In this document: positions 13,232 to 25,069 of the stretch, piece by piece
Numbering within the stretch: position 1 is the first letter of the stretch
How the letters are laid out: each line of letters opens with the position of its first letter
Source: Octopus sinensis
Taxonomy: Eukaryota
Assembly (NCBI RefSeq): GCF_006345805.1
Contig: NC_043007.1
Span: forward strand, 5,146,001-5,210,000
Length of the DNA stretch: 64,000 nucleotides
Direction of reading: 5' to 3'
Notes under the pieces: generated by a model
What the model was told of the DNA's origin: nothing
Database searches by the model: none
The model's input: the letters and a program-made list of their open reading frames with translations, nothing else
Translations under genes and position numbers: made by a program

Positions 13232-13319
13232 CTGAAGAAATAGAACAGAATAAAATTATTTTCAGAAAAAAAATAAATATCAACTGTAACTACCACCACC
13301 ACCACCACCATAATGATAT

Positions 13320-13490
13320 ATTTCTTTAGTACCCACAAGGAGCTAAACACAGAGGGGACAAACAAGGACAGACAAACGGATTAAGTCGATTATATTGACC
13401 TCAGTGTGTAACTGGTACTTAATTTATCGACCCCGAAAGGATGAAAGGCAAAGTCGACCTCGGCGGAATTTGAATCCAGGACGTAGCAAT
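13320..13490 (-). mobile_element. Same Meta-like SINE family, 5'-truncated. Older degenerate relatives lie at about 130-330, 28140-28300, 42640-42830, 45560-45900, 46040-46260, 49050-49520, 59590-59740 and 62520-62900
   Basis: Shares ccccgaaaggatgaaaggcaaagtcgacctcggcggaatttgaa with the full copies. Confidence 0.8.
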
Positions 13491-14504
13491 GATGATGATT
13501 TTAATGATGAGTATAAAAATAACAACCACTACTACCACCACCACCACCATTACTACTACTACTACTACCACTATTACTACTGACTAGTAAATTTTCCAGA
13601 CTCTCATTTTCTTATTGGCTTCCTGTCACTGTTTCTGTCCCTCCTGCGTTACCTAAAGGGTGCCGTTGAATACCGATCCCCTTCCATCCAATCTCTCCTA
13701 TAATGTTCTTACAGGTCTGGTTTATCTTTACTGGTTTCAACTCTATCCCTTTTTCTCAATTGTCTTACTAGTTCCCTTCCCCCACGCCTCTTCTTTGCCA
13801 GACTCTCCCCATTTTCACCTCTTACTTATCATTCCCTCATCCCTTTGCCGAAATGCCATGACTCCTTCTTTGTTCTGTTTACCCCTCAGTTATAAAGGCC
13901 ACATTAGGCTCTTCACCCTTGTAAGTTTCAAGGCAATCATCACTAGAGTTGGTACTTTGAAGACAAAAAAGCACCTACATAGTTCAGTCCAGAAAGTTGT
14001 CGACATTAAGAAGGATATCCATCCATGGCAACTATGCTGAAGAAGACATTGTTGCAAGCTGCAGCCCTTTCACTCATCAGACCATGTGAAACTCTCCAAT
14101 CCATACCAGTATGAAAAACCAAACATCAAATGATGTTGATGATCATGATGATGACAATGATGATGGTAATACTGATGATGATGATTCCACTTTTACCATT
14201 GTCGATTATGCTGCCAATTTCCAGCAAGAGAACGTTTCTTTTTAATCCACTTGTCATCGACTTAAAATACTTTCAATATTGATTCGACAAACGACTGCAG
14301 GAGAGTTGGATGTCAAAAGGAAAAAACAAAACCATCCATGTTGCTTTCTCTTTTGAAATCTGAAATATTATTTCTATATTAAATATTTAATATTTCTACA
14401 TTAAATATTGCGTCTTTTCAAACGTGAAGTGCTTGGATTGATGAGTGGGTGGGAACTTTCCTTTGCAGCTGTGTGCTTCTTGGTTTAATCCAACTGCATA
14501 GTAC

Positions 14505-14735
14505 TTCAGCCCTTTAACATATCAACCAGCTGAATCCAACCAAAATATTCTACTTGTTTTATGCTCCAGCTGACCAGATCTGGCCTCTCACACCTACCTG
14601 ATAATGTTGTTCTAAAGATAAACAATCATATCACCAAAATCTCAAAGCTATAAGACAATGCAGGATCACTTCAAAACAGCAGTGTGTGTAAATAACCGTA
14701 ACATTTGAGAGAATAAGCTGAATGCTAAAGGCTTA
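14505..14735. mobile_element. TTAA-type (piggyBac-like) MITE, decayed
   Basis: Termini TTCAG-CCCTTTAACAT...AATGCTAAAGGC-TTAG resemble TTAA-CCCTTT...AAAGGG-TTAA. Similar ends GGGTTGGTAT(C/T)AAAAGGGTTAA occur at about 19880-19900 and 28450-28475. Confidence 0.55.
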
Positions 14736-14904
14736 GACAAGTTTCTTCTTTTGTAGATTCAATTTGCCCAACAATGAATGACAAAAAAATTTGTAGACAG
14801 AAATTGTGCAGAAGTATTTTGTTTTATATGTGTGTGTGTGTGTTGTACTGTTCTGTGATGGTAAGATCAACAAAAAAAGTATTCCATCTGGTGAGAGATA
14901 AATA

Positions 14905-15635
14905 TTATTTAATAGCCAAAATGTATTTTTATGTGCTACTATTAGTTTCATGGTCTGAGAACAAGCCAAACAGTGTTTTATAGCATGCCTGGTTTCCCAG
15001 TACAATCATCAGACACTGCCCACATGGCATAATGAACTAAAAGTTGGACAACAGAAAAAGCAATAAACAGCAAGAGGAAGTATATATAAAAGGTGGAAGG
15101 TTAAAAAACTGGAAAATGAAAAAGAAATCAGAAAGAAACAAAAGGGAGAATAAGAGTTATTTCCCTTAGACTGAAAATATAGGACTGAAAAGATAGTGAC
15201 TTAGAGCCTATGATACACTTACTCAATCTGGTAGATAGGAACTTTCCAGTTCATCAACAGGAACTTAGGCATATGCTTACACCCACTGAAAATTTCAGAT
15301 CTAGAGTTCAGCAGTGAGTTAGAGTTCTCAGATCTGAAAAGGATCTCAGTTATTTCAACTAAGTATAGCTTACATTTTTGTGATCAGTTTACTTTTTTTT
15401 TTATCTCTTTTTCGTTTTCTGGATTTTCAACCTTCTACCTTTTTATATGTACTTCTTTTTTGCCTTTTCTCCCTTCTCTAATTCCATTTTTAGTTTGTTA
15501 TGCCATGTGGGCAGTGTCTGATGATTGTCCCAGAATACCAGATATGTCATAAAACACTTTTTGGCACATGAAACTAATAGTACATGAAACTAATAGTAGC
15601 ACATAAAAACATATTTGGTGGTTATTAAATAATAC
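14905..15635. repeat. Foldback element with about 240-bp diverged inverted arms
   Basis: For example acaatcatcagacactgcccacatggcataa (about 15003) versus ttatgccatgtgggcagtgtctgatgattgt (about 15500), and gtgctactattagtttcatg versus catgaaactaatagtagcac. Confidence 0.8.
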
Positions 15636-16018
15636 ATAAATAAATATATATATATATATATACTCAAAATAAGCAACAAGGACATATATACATCATCATC
15701 ATCTTGACATGCATTTTCCTATGCTTGCCAAGGTCACATGGCATTTTTGAGGCAGATTTGTAGATTTACTCTGGCCAGATACTCTTCCTGTCACCAACAC
15801 TCACCTGTTGCCAAGTCAGATAATATTTTCTTCTTGTCAGACATATTTTCATGGAAGAATACAAATGAAGGAAACCACTCGTACAATTTTCTGTTTTCAT
15901 TTACACCCATCATGTCATGGAGACACTATTACACACACACACACTAACACACATGCACACACACATGTGCATGTATACATACATGCATATGTATATGTAT
16001 GTATTTATGTAAGTATTG

Positions 16019-16058
<40 letters not shown>

Positions 16059-16063
16059 CACAC

Positions 16064-16117
<54 letters not shown>

Positions 16118-17523
16118 TGGCGTTAGGAAGGGCATCCAGCTGTAGAAACTCTGCCAGATCAAGACTGGAGCCTGGTGTAGCCATCTGGTTCGCCAGGCCT
16201 CAGTCAAACCGTCCAACCCATGCTAGCATGGAAAGCGGACGTTAAATGATGATGATGATGATGATGATACATGACGGGCTTCTTTCAGTTTCTGGTTACC
16301 AGATGGTTGTGATGGTGGTGGTGGTGGTGGTTGTGATGACGATGGCAGCGCTAATGATGACAATAGTGAAGATGGTAGTGGTGGTGATGATGGTGATGGT
16401 GACATCACAATGATAACGGTTTCTACATAGAAATACACAGACATCATTTAGCAATCGCTGAGAGATATGATATAGCGACAACAACAACAACAACTATAAT
16501 AATCCACTCTCAACTAGATTTATCACACAATGTTTCTTATAAAGGAAATCAATATATTTCTGAGATTCTCTGACACAAATCTTCACATTTATTAACGAGA
16601 GAATCAATTAAATTCAAGTCAAATCAGGTGAATCATCATCATCATCATCATCGTTTAACGTCCGTTTTCCATGCTAGCATGGGTTGGACGGTTCGACTGG
16701 GGTCTGGGAAGCCAGGAGGCTGCACCAGGCTCCAGTCTGATCTGGCAGTGTTTCTACAGCTGGATGCCCTTCCTAACATCAACCACTCCAAGAGTGTAGT
16801 GGGTGCTTTTTACATGCCACCGGCACAGGGGCCAGAAGAGACTGGCAAATGGCCACGATCGGTTGGTGCTTCTACTTTTATTACTGGGGTTTTAATCTGT
16901 CACTTACTGAGCTGTGGCCATGCTGGGGCACCACCTTGATGAGTTTAGTTAGACAAATTGACTCCCAGGACTTATTTCTCTATAAGTCTGGTATGAACCT
17001 TATCAGTTCCTTTTGTCAAACTGCTAAGTTATGGGAATATACACAAGCCAACACTAGTTGTCAAATAGTGACAATGGACATCCCCCCACCACACACATAT
17101 TTGATGGGCTTCTTTCAGTCTCTGTCTACCAAATTCACTCACAAGGCTTTAGCCAGCCTGGGGCTATATTACAAGACACTTGCCCAAGGTACCATGCAGT
17201 GGGACTGGACATGAAACCATCTGGTTGGAAGCAGACTTATTAGACAGACATGAGTGCTTCTGTTATACACTTCTACCAATCTCTCCTTCTGTCTAAATCT
17301 TGGGTTTTCTGGACCCTGAACCAATTTGGTATGGAAATACAGATTGGTGAAGGTGAGGCTGTGTGCTAAGAAGTTTGCTTCCCAACCACATAGTTTTGGT
17401 CCCAACTGCATTTCTTATTGGAATTGTAAATATAAAAGACATTTTAAGGATTTCTTTTATAAATACAAAATGGAATATACTCAAAGAAAAAAAAATCATA
17501 AAAGAAAATTAATGCGGACTTAC

Positions 17524-17689
17524 TTTCGGACAGTTAAAGGATCTCCTTCAGAATCAATTTCTGGATTTGGTTCTGGAACTTCAGAAAAATCGTTTATGAC
17601 TTCAGAGATCTGATCAACAACAGCATCCCAAATCCGTTGCCAGCGCGTCTTGGGACCAATTGAATTTACATCAGTCAAGTCATTGACAA
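17524..17689 (-). CDS. GRAMD4: GRAMD4-like coding exon (166 nt)
   Basis: tctttctttacag|TT GTC...CGA AA|gtaagt. Encodes VVNDLTDVNSIGPKTRWQRIWDAVVDQISEVINDFSEVPEPNPEIDSEGDPLTVR. Confidence 0.9.
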
Positions 17690-18443
17690 CTGTAAAGAAA
17701 GATTTAAAAAAAAATTAAAACTGAATTACTTTAGACATTGAAATGTATGTGTGTGTGTATGAATGTATGTTTAATTTATTTATCAACCATAAAATGATGA
17801 AAGACAAGGACCAAGTGCTGTGTTAAACAAAATAATGGTTTAAATCAAACATACATCATCATTTAAATCAAACATACATCCTTGCTTAACGTCTGCTTTC
17901 CATGCTAGCATGGGTTGGACGAAAGACTGAGGGCTAGTGAACCAGATGGCTGCACCAGGCTTCAATCTTGATCTGGCAGAGTTTCTACAGCTGGATGCCC
18001 TTCCTAACGCCAACCATTCTGAGAGTGTAGTGGGTGCTTTTACATGCCACCAGCACGGAGCCAGTCAGGTGGTACTGGTAACGACCTCGCTCGAATCTTT
18101 TACACATGCCACCGGCACAGGTGCTTGTAAGGTGATGCTGGTAACGATCACACTCAAATGGTGTCTTTTATGTGTCACCGGCATGGAGGCCAGATAGCCG
18201 GTCTGGCAATGATCACTCTTGGATGTGCTCTTAATACCCTACCAGCATGGGGCTCGAGTGCCAGCAAAGCGATGCTGGTAACCATCACCCTCGAATGGTG
18301 CCTTTTAGGTGCCACTATGGCTCACAAGAACTGAGTAGGTATGCTAAACAAAGTGATAGATTAACTCTACCATCTTATAGTCACTCTGGCTTACAAGAAA
18401 ATAAAAGAAAGAATTGGAAACAAATTAAGGAATAGTCTGTTAC

Positions 18444-18550
18444 CTTCTCGATCTTCTGTTGGAAGGGAACGATCCTTAACTTCATTGGCGTCTGTCTCAT
18501 CCGGTGAAACGTGATGCGTTGCATCAGATTTGCTCCGTTGCACCTTTCTT
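18444..18550 (-). CDS. GRAMD4: GRAMD4-like coding exon (107 nt)
   Basis: tttaatttgttcag|A AGA AAG...GAA G|gtaaca. Encodes RKVQRSKSDATHHVSPDETDANEVKDRSLPTEDRE. Phase 2 in, phase 1 out. Confidence 0.85.
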
Positions 18551-19300
18551 CTGAACAAATTAAACAAAAATAAAATATATTTATATTGACAGAAAAATAA
18601 AATTTTTTAAATGGTTCTGTTATTGCCTAGGCTGAAGAGAAAGAGCAGCAGCTATAACCCTTATTAAGACTAGTAGAAAGGGAGGGAACAAGTTAACCTT
18701 AGACAAGACCCTGGTTACAATACTGTGGACAGAAGGGTTCTGGTAAAGGCAGAAATGAACCGGGTTGTGGTGTTAAACTGAATGATGAATTAAGGCCTAT
18801 ACACAGCCGTGTGGTTAAGAAGTTTGCTTTTGTAACTACATAGTTTAGGGTTCAATACCAACATGCAGCATTTTGGTTAAGTGCCTTTTACTAAGGCTCT
18901 GGGCTGAGGGTATTTCATGGATGGAAAGTATAGCTAGTGTCATAGAATAGGGCTGAGTTCTTGATAATCGAGGGTTGGGGTCCTTAACTCATATATAGTT
19001 CCCAGTTGTTAATATTTTGCTTTATTTTTTTTACTGGTTTTAGTTACTGGAGTGTGGCCAAGCTGGAGTATTACCCCCAAATGCCTTTGGGAAATTCTTG
19101 AATACCACACATCCTAAAATCGTTACACTGTGTGCCCTATTTATGAATTACAAAAATGAAACAAACAAACAAAAAAAAAGGTTCATAGTCTATAGTGAGA
19201 ACCCTTTTCCTTTTTGGTCAATTATTTCAAAAATAATTAATAGCTGAATCTTCGTTAAAACAAAATTGAAATTTAAAAGGCAAAACTGAAATATATCTAC

Positions 19301-19421
19301 CTTCGCTTCTCTAACGACTGACATTTTTCTTCCAAATGAACATTTCGGCTTTTTTCATAGTCAAGTTCTTGTTTAACTTTCTCAAATTGACAAGCTTTCT
19401 TATATTCTTGTAACTCACTAC
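19301..19421 (-). CDS. GRAMD4: GRAMD4-like coding exon (121 nt) with two compensating 1-nt indels as written
   Basis: tgtttacag|GT...CGAAG|gtagat. Length fits phase 1 in and phase 2 out. The start reads SSELQEYKKACQFEK and the end reads SRNVHLEEKCQSLEKR in the same frame, but the middle VKQELDYEK is shifted by 1 nt, giving in-frame TAA/TGA/TGA. Confidence 0.75.
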
Positions 19422-20823
19422 CTGTAAACAGTTTTGAAATGGCAAAACATAAATAGACTTAAAAACTGAAAAATGCTTCTGTCACTTCAAATATTTCCTA
19501 TTTTACTTTTGTTAGTAAAAGAAAGTGGGAGGGAGAGAGAAAGAGAGAGACAGAGACAGAGAGAGATGGCCTCGTTTATTCTACAAAGTCATTTCTCTCT
19601 ACTCTTCATGTAGAAGTTATTGTTAACCAAGGGATTAGTTTAAGGGACGACAATAAATACAAAATAAAACCTATGTAAGACAGTATATATCTTAACACCG
19701 TCCTTTTTTTTTTTTTACTCTATTTCTGTCAAAATACTCAACCTTTATTTCAATTAACTTTAAAAAATGTTAAGCAGTTGTCAGAAACAAAAACTGACTG
19801 GAAATTTTGATTTAAGGTTTGAATCCTGTTCAGTTTAAATCAAAAATTTGCGTTTGAGAACAAAGGGGACCCATAGGTGGGTTGGTATCAAAAGGGTTAA
19901 AAATTCTGACAGACTTGTTATATTTTTGTATTTTCACAAAAAAACAAAATGCTAACTATTAAAAAGAAACCCATCTTAAATATAAAAGTTTAACTGAGAT
20001 TTTAAAAAGATGAAACTAAAAACATTTCTTGTGTCAGTGTAATGTTTTCTTAACCTGGACTGTGATACCTTCTTTGAGTCCTTGTGAGATCATAAGAGGG
20101 TGCCGGATGTTTAGAAGGGCCACAATATTTCTCAAATGAAAACCAAATTCAGTTCTTTTCCTTGTTTCAGTCATTAGACTGTGGCCATACTGCAGCACCA
20201 CTGTGAAGGGTTTAGCTGAACAAAGCCACTTCAGGACTTCTGACATGTATTCAATCTTTCTCTTATTGCAAAATTAAGTTATAGTGATGTAAACAAACCA
20301 ACATCAGTTGTTGGGCAGTGAGGGAATAAACACAAAGATATACACTCATGCATATTTACACAGTTCACAATGTGCATGTGAGCATGCACACACATGCATG
20401 CATGCGCACACACACACATACACATCAATTTTCATATGGAAAAGTTTGACAGTGACTTTGAAGTCTCCGCTGCCCTAACCACTGGGCCATTGTGCCTCCA
20501 CTGTTGTTGCTGCTGCTGCTGCTGGTGGGTGTGAATCTAGTACTACATTATGTCATGTGCTATCCCCATATTAAGACAGTGGGATTTGATTTGATAGAGA
20601 ATTGGCTGCTATTTCTAGCATGTCGTGTGACCAGATAGAAACTTTCTCTTTGAGTGCACAGTTTCACCTTTTGCTGGAAGCGGAGGAATAAATTCTAATT
20701 GTGGAGTATTTTCTGAACTCATCTGTTTGTACATGAAAGACTCTAAGTTGACAATAATGATGGTGATGATGATGTGGGTGATGGCTGTGGTGGTGGTGAT
20801 GGTGGTGGTGATGGTGATGACAA

Positions 20824-21065
20824 AGGCGGTGAGCTGGCAGAAATGTTAGCACGCCGGGCGAAATGCTTAGCGGTATTTCGTCTGCATTACGTTCTGAGTT
20901 CAAATTCCACCGAGGTCGACTTTGCCTTTCATCCTTTCGGGGTCGATAAATTAAGTACCAGTTACGCACTGGGGTCGATGTAATCGACTTAATACCTATG
21001 CCTGTCCTTGTTTGTCCCCTCTATGTTTAGCCCCTTGTGGGTAGTAAAGAAATAGGTAATGACAA
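20824..21065 (+). mobile_element. Same Meta-like SINE family
   Basis: Full-length copy; TSD GGT(G/A)ATGACAA at 20813-20823 and 21055-21065. Confidence 0.85.
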
Positions 21066-21242
21066 TGTTGATGATAATGATTATGAAGATGTCGATAATG
21101 ATGATGATGAAGTTGATGACAAAGATGATGACAACGAAGCTGCTGCCACTGTTGATGACAATGATGTTGATGATAATGATGATGATGATGATGACAACAA
21201 TGATGATGATAATGATGACGATGATGATGATGATGCTGATGA
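21056..21242 (+). repeat. Degenerate (GAT)n trinucleotide tract
   Basis: Direct reading; it explains the poly-D/poly-M ORFs. Confidence 0.9.
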
Positions 21243-22949
21243 ATCAATTTTTGCCTTCTGTCTGCTAGAGTAGAACATGAGCCATCAAAATTTTTTTTAT
21301 TTCTTCATTAACATCTGGATTAATTCTCAAGTAAGAACCACCAGTAGCTCTCAGTTCAAAATTGCATCAAAGCAATTATACAAAAGAAAATGACGAAGGA
21401 AGTAAGTCTTAAGGCTAAAAGTTTGGAAAGGCGCCGAAGTTAATCTTGAATTCCTCTTTGTTTTCTTTTCTTTTTTCTTTCTTTACAATAAATTTCATAT
21501 TCTAACCATCACACTTTTTCTAAGATGGTCAGAACAGCTGCAACAAATCACTTATTCTCATTTCATTAATAAATTATTGAATCCTTCAGCGAATTATTTT
21601 ATTATTTTAATTTGTTTTAGTTAACCTAAGTGGAAGGAAGAAAAAAAACGGGAAAAAAATGTTGACTTGAAAGAGGAAAATAACAAAGAAAATGAGAAAT
21701 TCTTTAAAGCCAGCAAATGGCTAAATATTTTACCATATTCTGAATATATGCCAAGAATAATGTTATTTTTGATAATATTTATCTTTCTTGAAAAATGTTC
21801 TTTATTTTTAAGGCTAAAGAAAGATGTGGAAAATCTTTTAACAATTTTCATTTTCCTTTTTTATTTTACCAAATTCCATTGTAATTTATTTATGTTTTTT
21901 TTGCTTAAATTTTATGAAAATGTTATTTTCTTTATTTATTTCAATGTTGTAGTTCTCTTTAGATTTTATTTGTTGGGAGAGCAAAGAACAAGGAAAGGAA
22001 ATTGTCTAAAAATCTGCTTTGTTGGCTCACTGCCACATTACCACATTGCCACAAACAATTTTATGGTTATATACAGGTGAAGATACTCACCTGGTTATTC
22101 AGTTCAAAGTAGTTTATTTGGTACAGTGCCTAGGAGAACAGACAGGCTGAGGGACTTCCTAATTAGTCGTCAATATAGAAATGCTTGTTGAGTTTTCATT
22201 AACTAAAATCTTTTGGTGTAAAACTAGCAAATCACAATGGAAACTTCAGTTTCACTACAAAGAAATTCCAATATTATTGAAACACACATCATATTAAGCT
22301 GATGCATGGCTGTGTGATTAAGGAATGGACTTTGCAACCATGTGGTTATGGGTTCAGTCCCACAGCATGGCACCTTGGTCAAGTGTCTTCTATTATAGCA
22401 CAAAGTCAATGCCTTATGAGCAAATCTATCATATTCATCATCATCATCATTTAACGTCCACTTTCCATGCTAGCATGGGTTGGACAGTTCAACTGGGGTC
22501 TGGGAAGCCAGGAGGCTGCACCAGGCCCAGTCTGATCTGGCAGTGTTTCTACAGCTGGATGCCCTTCCTAACGCCAACCACTCCATGAGTATAGCGGGTG
22601 CTTTTTACATGCCACTGGCACAGGTGCCAGGCGAGGCTGGCAACGGCCACAATAGGTTGGTGCTTTTTACATGCCTGGCAATGGCCACGTTCGGATGGTT
22701 CTTTTACGTGCCACCGGCACTGGTATCACAACTACAATTTCCATTGATTTTTGATTGATTTCAATTTCGATTTTGCTTGCCTCAACAGGTCTTCGCAAGC
22801 AGAGTTTTTGTGTCCCAAGAAGAAAAGGTATGCATAATTAGACTGGCTACATCCCAGGTAGAGGCCACGGGTTATGGTCTCACTTGTCCTGCCGGGTCTT
22901 CTCACGCTCAGCGTACTTCCAAATCTATGGAAGCTCATCATAAGTAGTA

Positions 22950-23220
22950 GCTGTGTTGTTAGAAGTTTGTTTCGCAAACACGCTGCTCCAGGTTCAGTTC
23001 CACTGTGTGACGCAAGGGACAATTGTGTTATATTATAGCCCATGGCCAACTAAAGCCTTGCTAATGAATTAGGTTGACAGAAACTGGGAAAAGCCCATTG
23101 TAAAGCTTTGTGTTTGTCCCCTACCATTGCTTAACAGCCAGTGTCGGTTTGTTTATGTCCTTGTAACTTAGTTGTTTAGCAAAAGAGACCAATAAGATAG
23201 GTTCAAGACTTAAAAGCCAA
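22950..23220 (+). mobile_element. Old tRNA-headed SINE family (gctgtgtggttaagaag..ggttcagtcccactg..ggcaccttgggcaagtgtcttc). Many fragments, e.g. about 1980-2110, 8080-8260, 9920-10075, 12220-12360, 17100-17240, 22300-22420, 26320-26480, 30660-30820, 36560-36730, 63780-63960; 3' parts at about 1480-1930, 2765-2920, 16880-17090, 20150-20340, 32330-32620
   Basis: Recurrent degenerate A/B-box head and a recurrent 3' segment (cttagc.gttcggcaaaagagacc..agtcc.ggggtc) in both orientations. Confidence 0.7.
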
Positions 23221-23527
23221 TTAGCTTAATGACTAAGTCAGGTGTCTTCACTAATGTAAATCTTAATGATAGGACTCCTTATTTAATTACAACGACAATG
23301 CTGTCAGATTAACAGAAATACATTCATTTGAATTGAATGCAGTTTTATTTAAATGCATTTGTCTCCCTATTCCTGTTTTCAATATGAATTGGATGTATAT
23401 ATATATATACATACACACACACACCCATATATATATAGGGAGAATTTATGAAAAAAACAAAAGACGAAGACAGGTAGTGTACAAAACAAAGAGATGTATT
23501 AGTATAACGCTCAGGAATAGAAAAAGT

Positions 23528-23563
23528 CTTTTACATTTCGAGCCTATGCTCTTCTACAGAAAG
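23528..23563 (-). ncRNA. Hammerhead-like motif with A6U core variant (Penelope pLTR-like repeat at about 23440-23660)
   Basis: CTTT-CTGTAGA-A-GAGC(ATAG)GCTC-GAAA-TG-T-A-AAAG. Stems I and II are perfect; the core is CUGUAGA and stem III is CpG-decayed. Confidence 0.6.
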
Positions 23564-23714
23564 GGACACAGAAAAAACAAGGAGAGAGAAAAAGGAGATA
23601 AAAAACAAAGAGAGAAACAAGGAGAGAAAAAATGTGTGTAGTGGCTAACGATCTATAATGGCTATATACATATAGCCTGGTGCAGCCTTCTGGCTCACCA
23701 GTCCTACTCATAAA

Positions 23715-23757
23715 TACACACATGTCTACACATACATGCATACATACACACACACAC

Positions 23758-23790
<33 letters not shown>

Positions 23791-24132
23791 CATACCTACA
23801 TACACGCATACATACATACATACACACATACATACATACATACATACATACATACATACATACATACATACATACATACAATACATACGTACATACATAC
23901 ATACATACATACATACGTACATACATACAACACATACATGCATACATACACGCATACATACATACATACATACATACACACACACATACATACATACATA
24001 CATACATACATACATACCTACATACACGCATACATACATACATACATACACACATACATACATACACACATACATACATACATACATACATACATACATA
24101 CATACATACATACAACACATACATACATACAT
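23715..24132 (+). repeat. (TACA)n compound microsatellite, about 410 bp
   Basis: Direct reading. Confidence 0.97.
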
Positions 24133-25069
24133 CTTTGCAAATGTGATGTATGAGAGTTTACCTGTTTGTGTGTATTTCACCATAGAAATGTGTGCAAATG
24201 CATGTTTGCTTTTTTCTTTTTTTCTTTTTTTGTTTGCTTGTTTTTTTTTTTGCTCTATTAATACGACTTTCTGATAAAAATCATTTCAAGACTTTTGCCC
24301 TCCTTCAGCTTTTCGAAAAGCTGCTAACCGATGTAACCCTCCACTCCTTCAGCAGAGAAAGCTTGCCAAATACTGTTGAATCTCGCCATTTACCAAACCA
24401 GATCAGACCATCCCAGACGAAGCCAGACCTAACAGCTAAGCACATAATCATGTTGTACCTTTTCCAAAGACAAAAAAAATCTCATCCTTGTTTGTGTTTT
24501 CCTTAGACTTTCCTGTAAAACATAATCTCACCCACATGGCAACATAATCACACTTACACTCACACAAGCACACACCTTCAATACATGTACTTACAACTAC
24601 ATGAAGACTTCTAAACACACACACACACACACACACACATGTATGCTGTAGACTGGAATAAGAACAATGTTTGATTTATTTATATCTTGTGTTCAATATC
24701 TTCATAGAAGAGTCAAGTCTAATGATATTTTGTTAGTATCTTCTTAGCATTTATGTATTGTTTGTCTAAGGCCATTGAAAATAATACAAGCCTTGAACAT
24801 ATGTTCAGATGTTTAGCTTTAACTATTTTCGCTGTGGAGTGTGACGAGTGCTGTTCACTTTGATATTAAGTTCTCGCCAAAATAAGTATGGGAATAAAAT
24901 TATGGTTTATTAGGCTATTAACCTCATCTTTTAGAGATGGAAAGCAGTAGATGTCAGTAACTTAGTGAATAAGTGATAGCTATATTACTGCCCCCCACCA
25001 CCACCTCACTAGTTTCAACATAAAGGTTCCTGGTTCAAACTCTGGGCAAGAGTGTATATATAACATATA

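Noticed and set aside
19340-19385. A-to-I editing rescue (TAA/TGA to TGG) of the three in-frame stops in the GRAMD4 exon
   Set aside because: It would need three stop-recoding events and would give an aberrant peptide. The shifted frame encodes the conserved KQELD motif, so two indels is far more parsimonious.
23680-24183. Long ORFs (up to 159 aa) over the TACA repeat, and the poly-H/S/D/I ORFs at 60495-60998, 21037-21278 and 817-1071
   Set aside because: They are open only because the microsatellites lack stop codons; there are no splice signals or protein features.
24301-24325. 18-bp palindrome CAGCTTTTCGAAAAGCTG and the 104-aa ORF at 24192-24506
   Set aside because: The palindrome is isolated. 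CTGAAGG does not match the hammerhead core, and the ORF has no recognisable domain or splice context.
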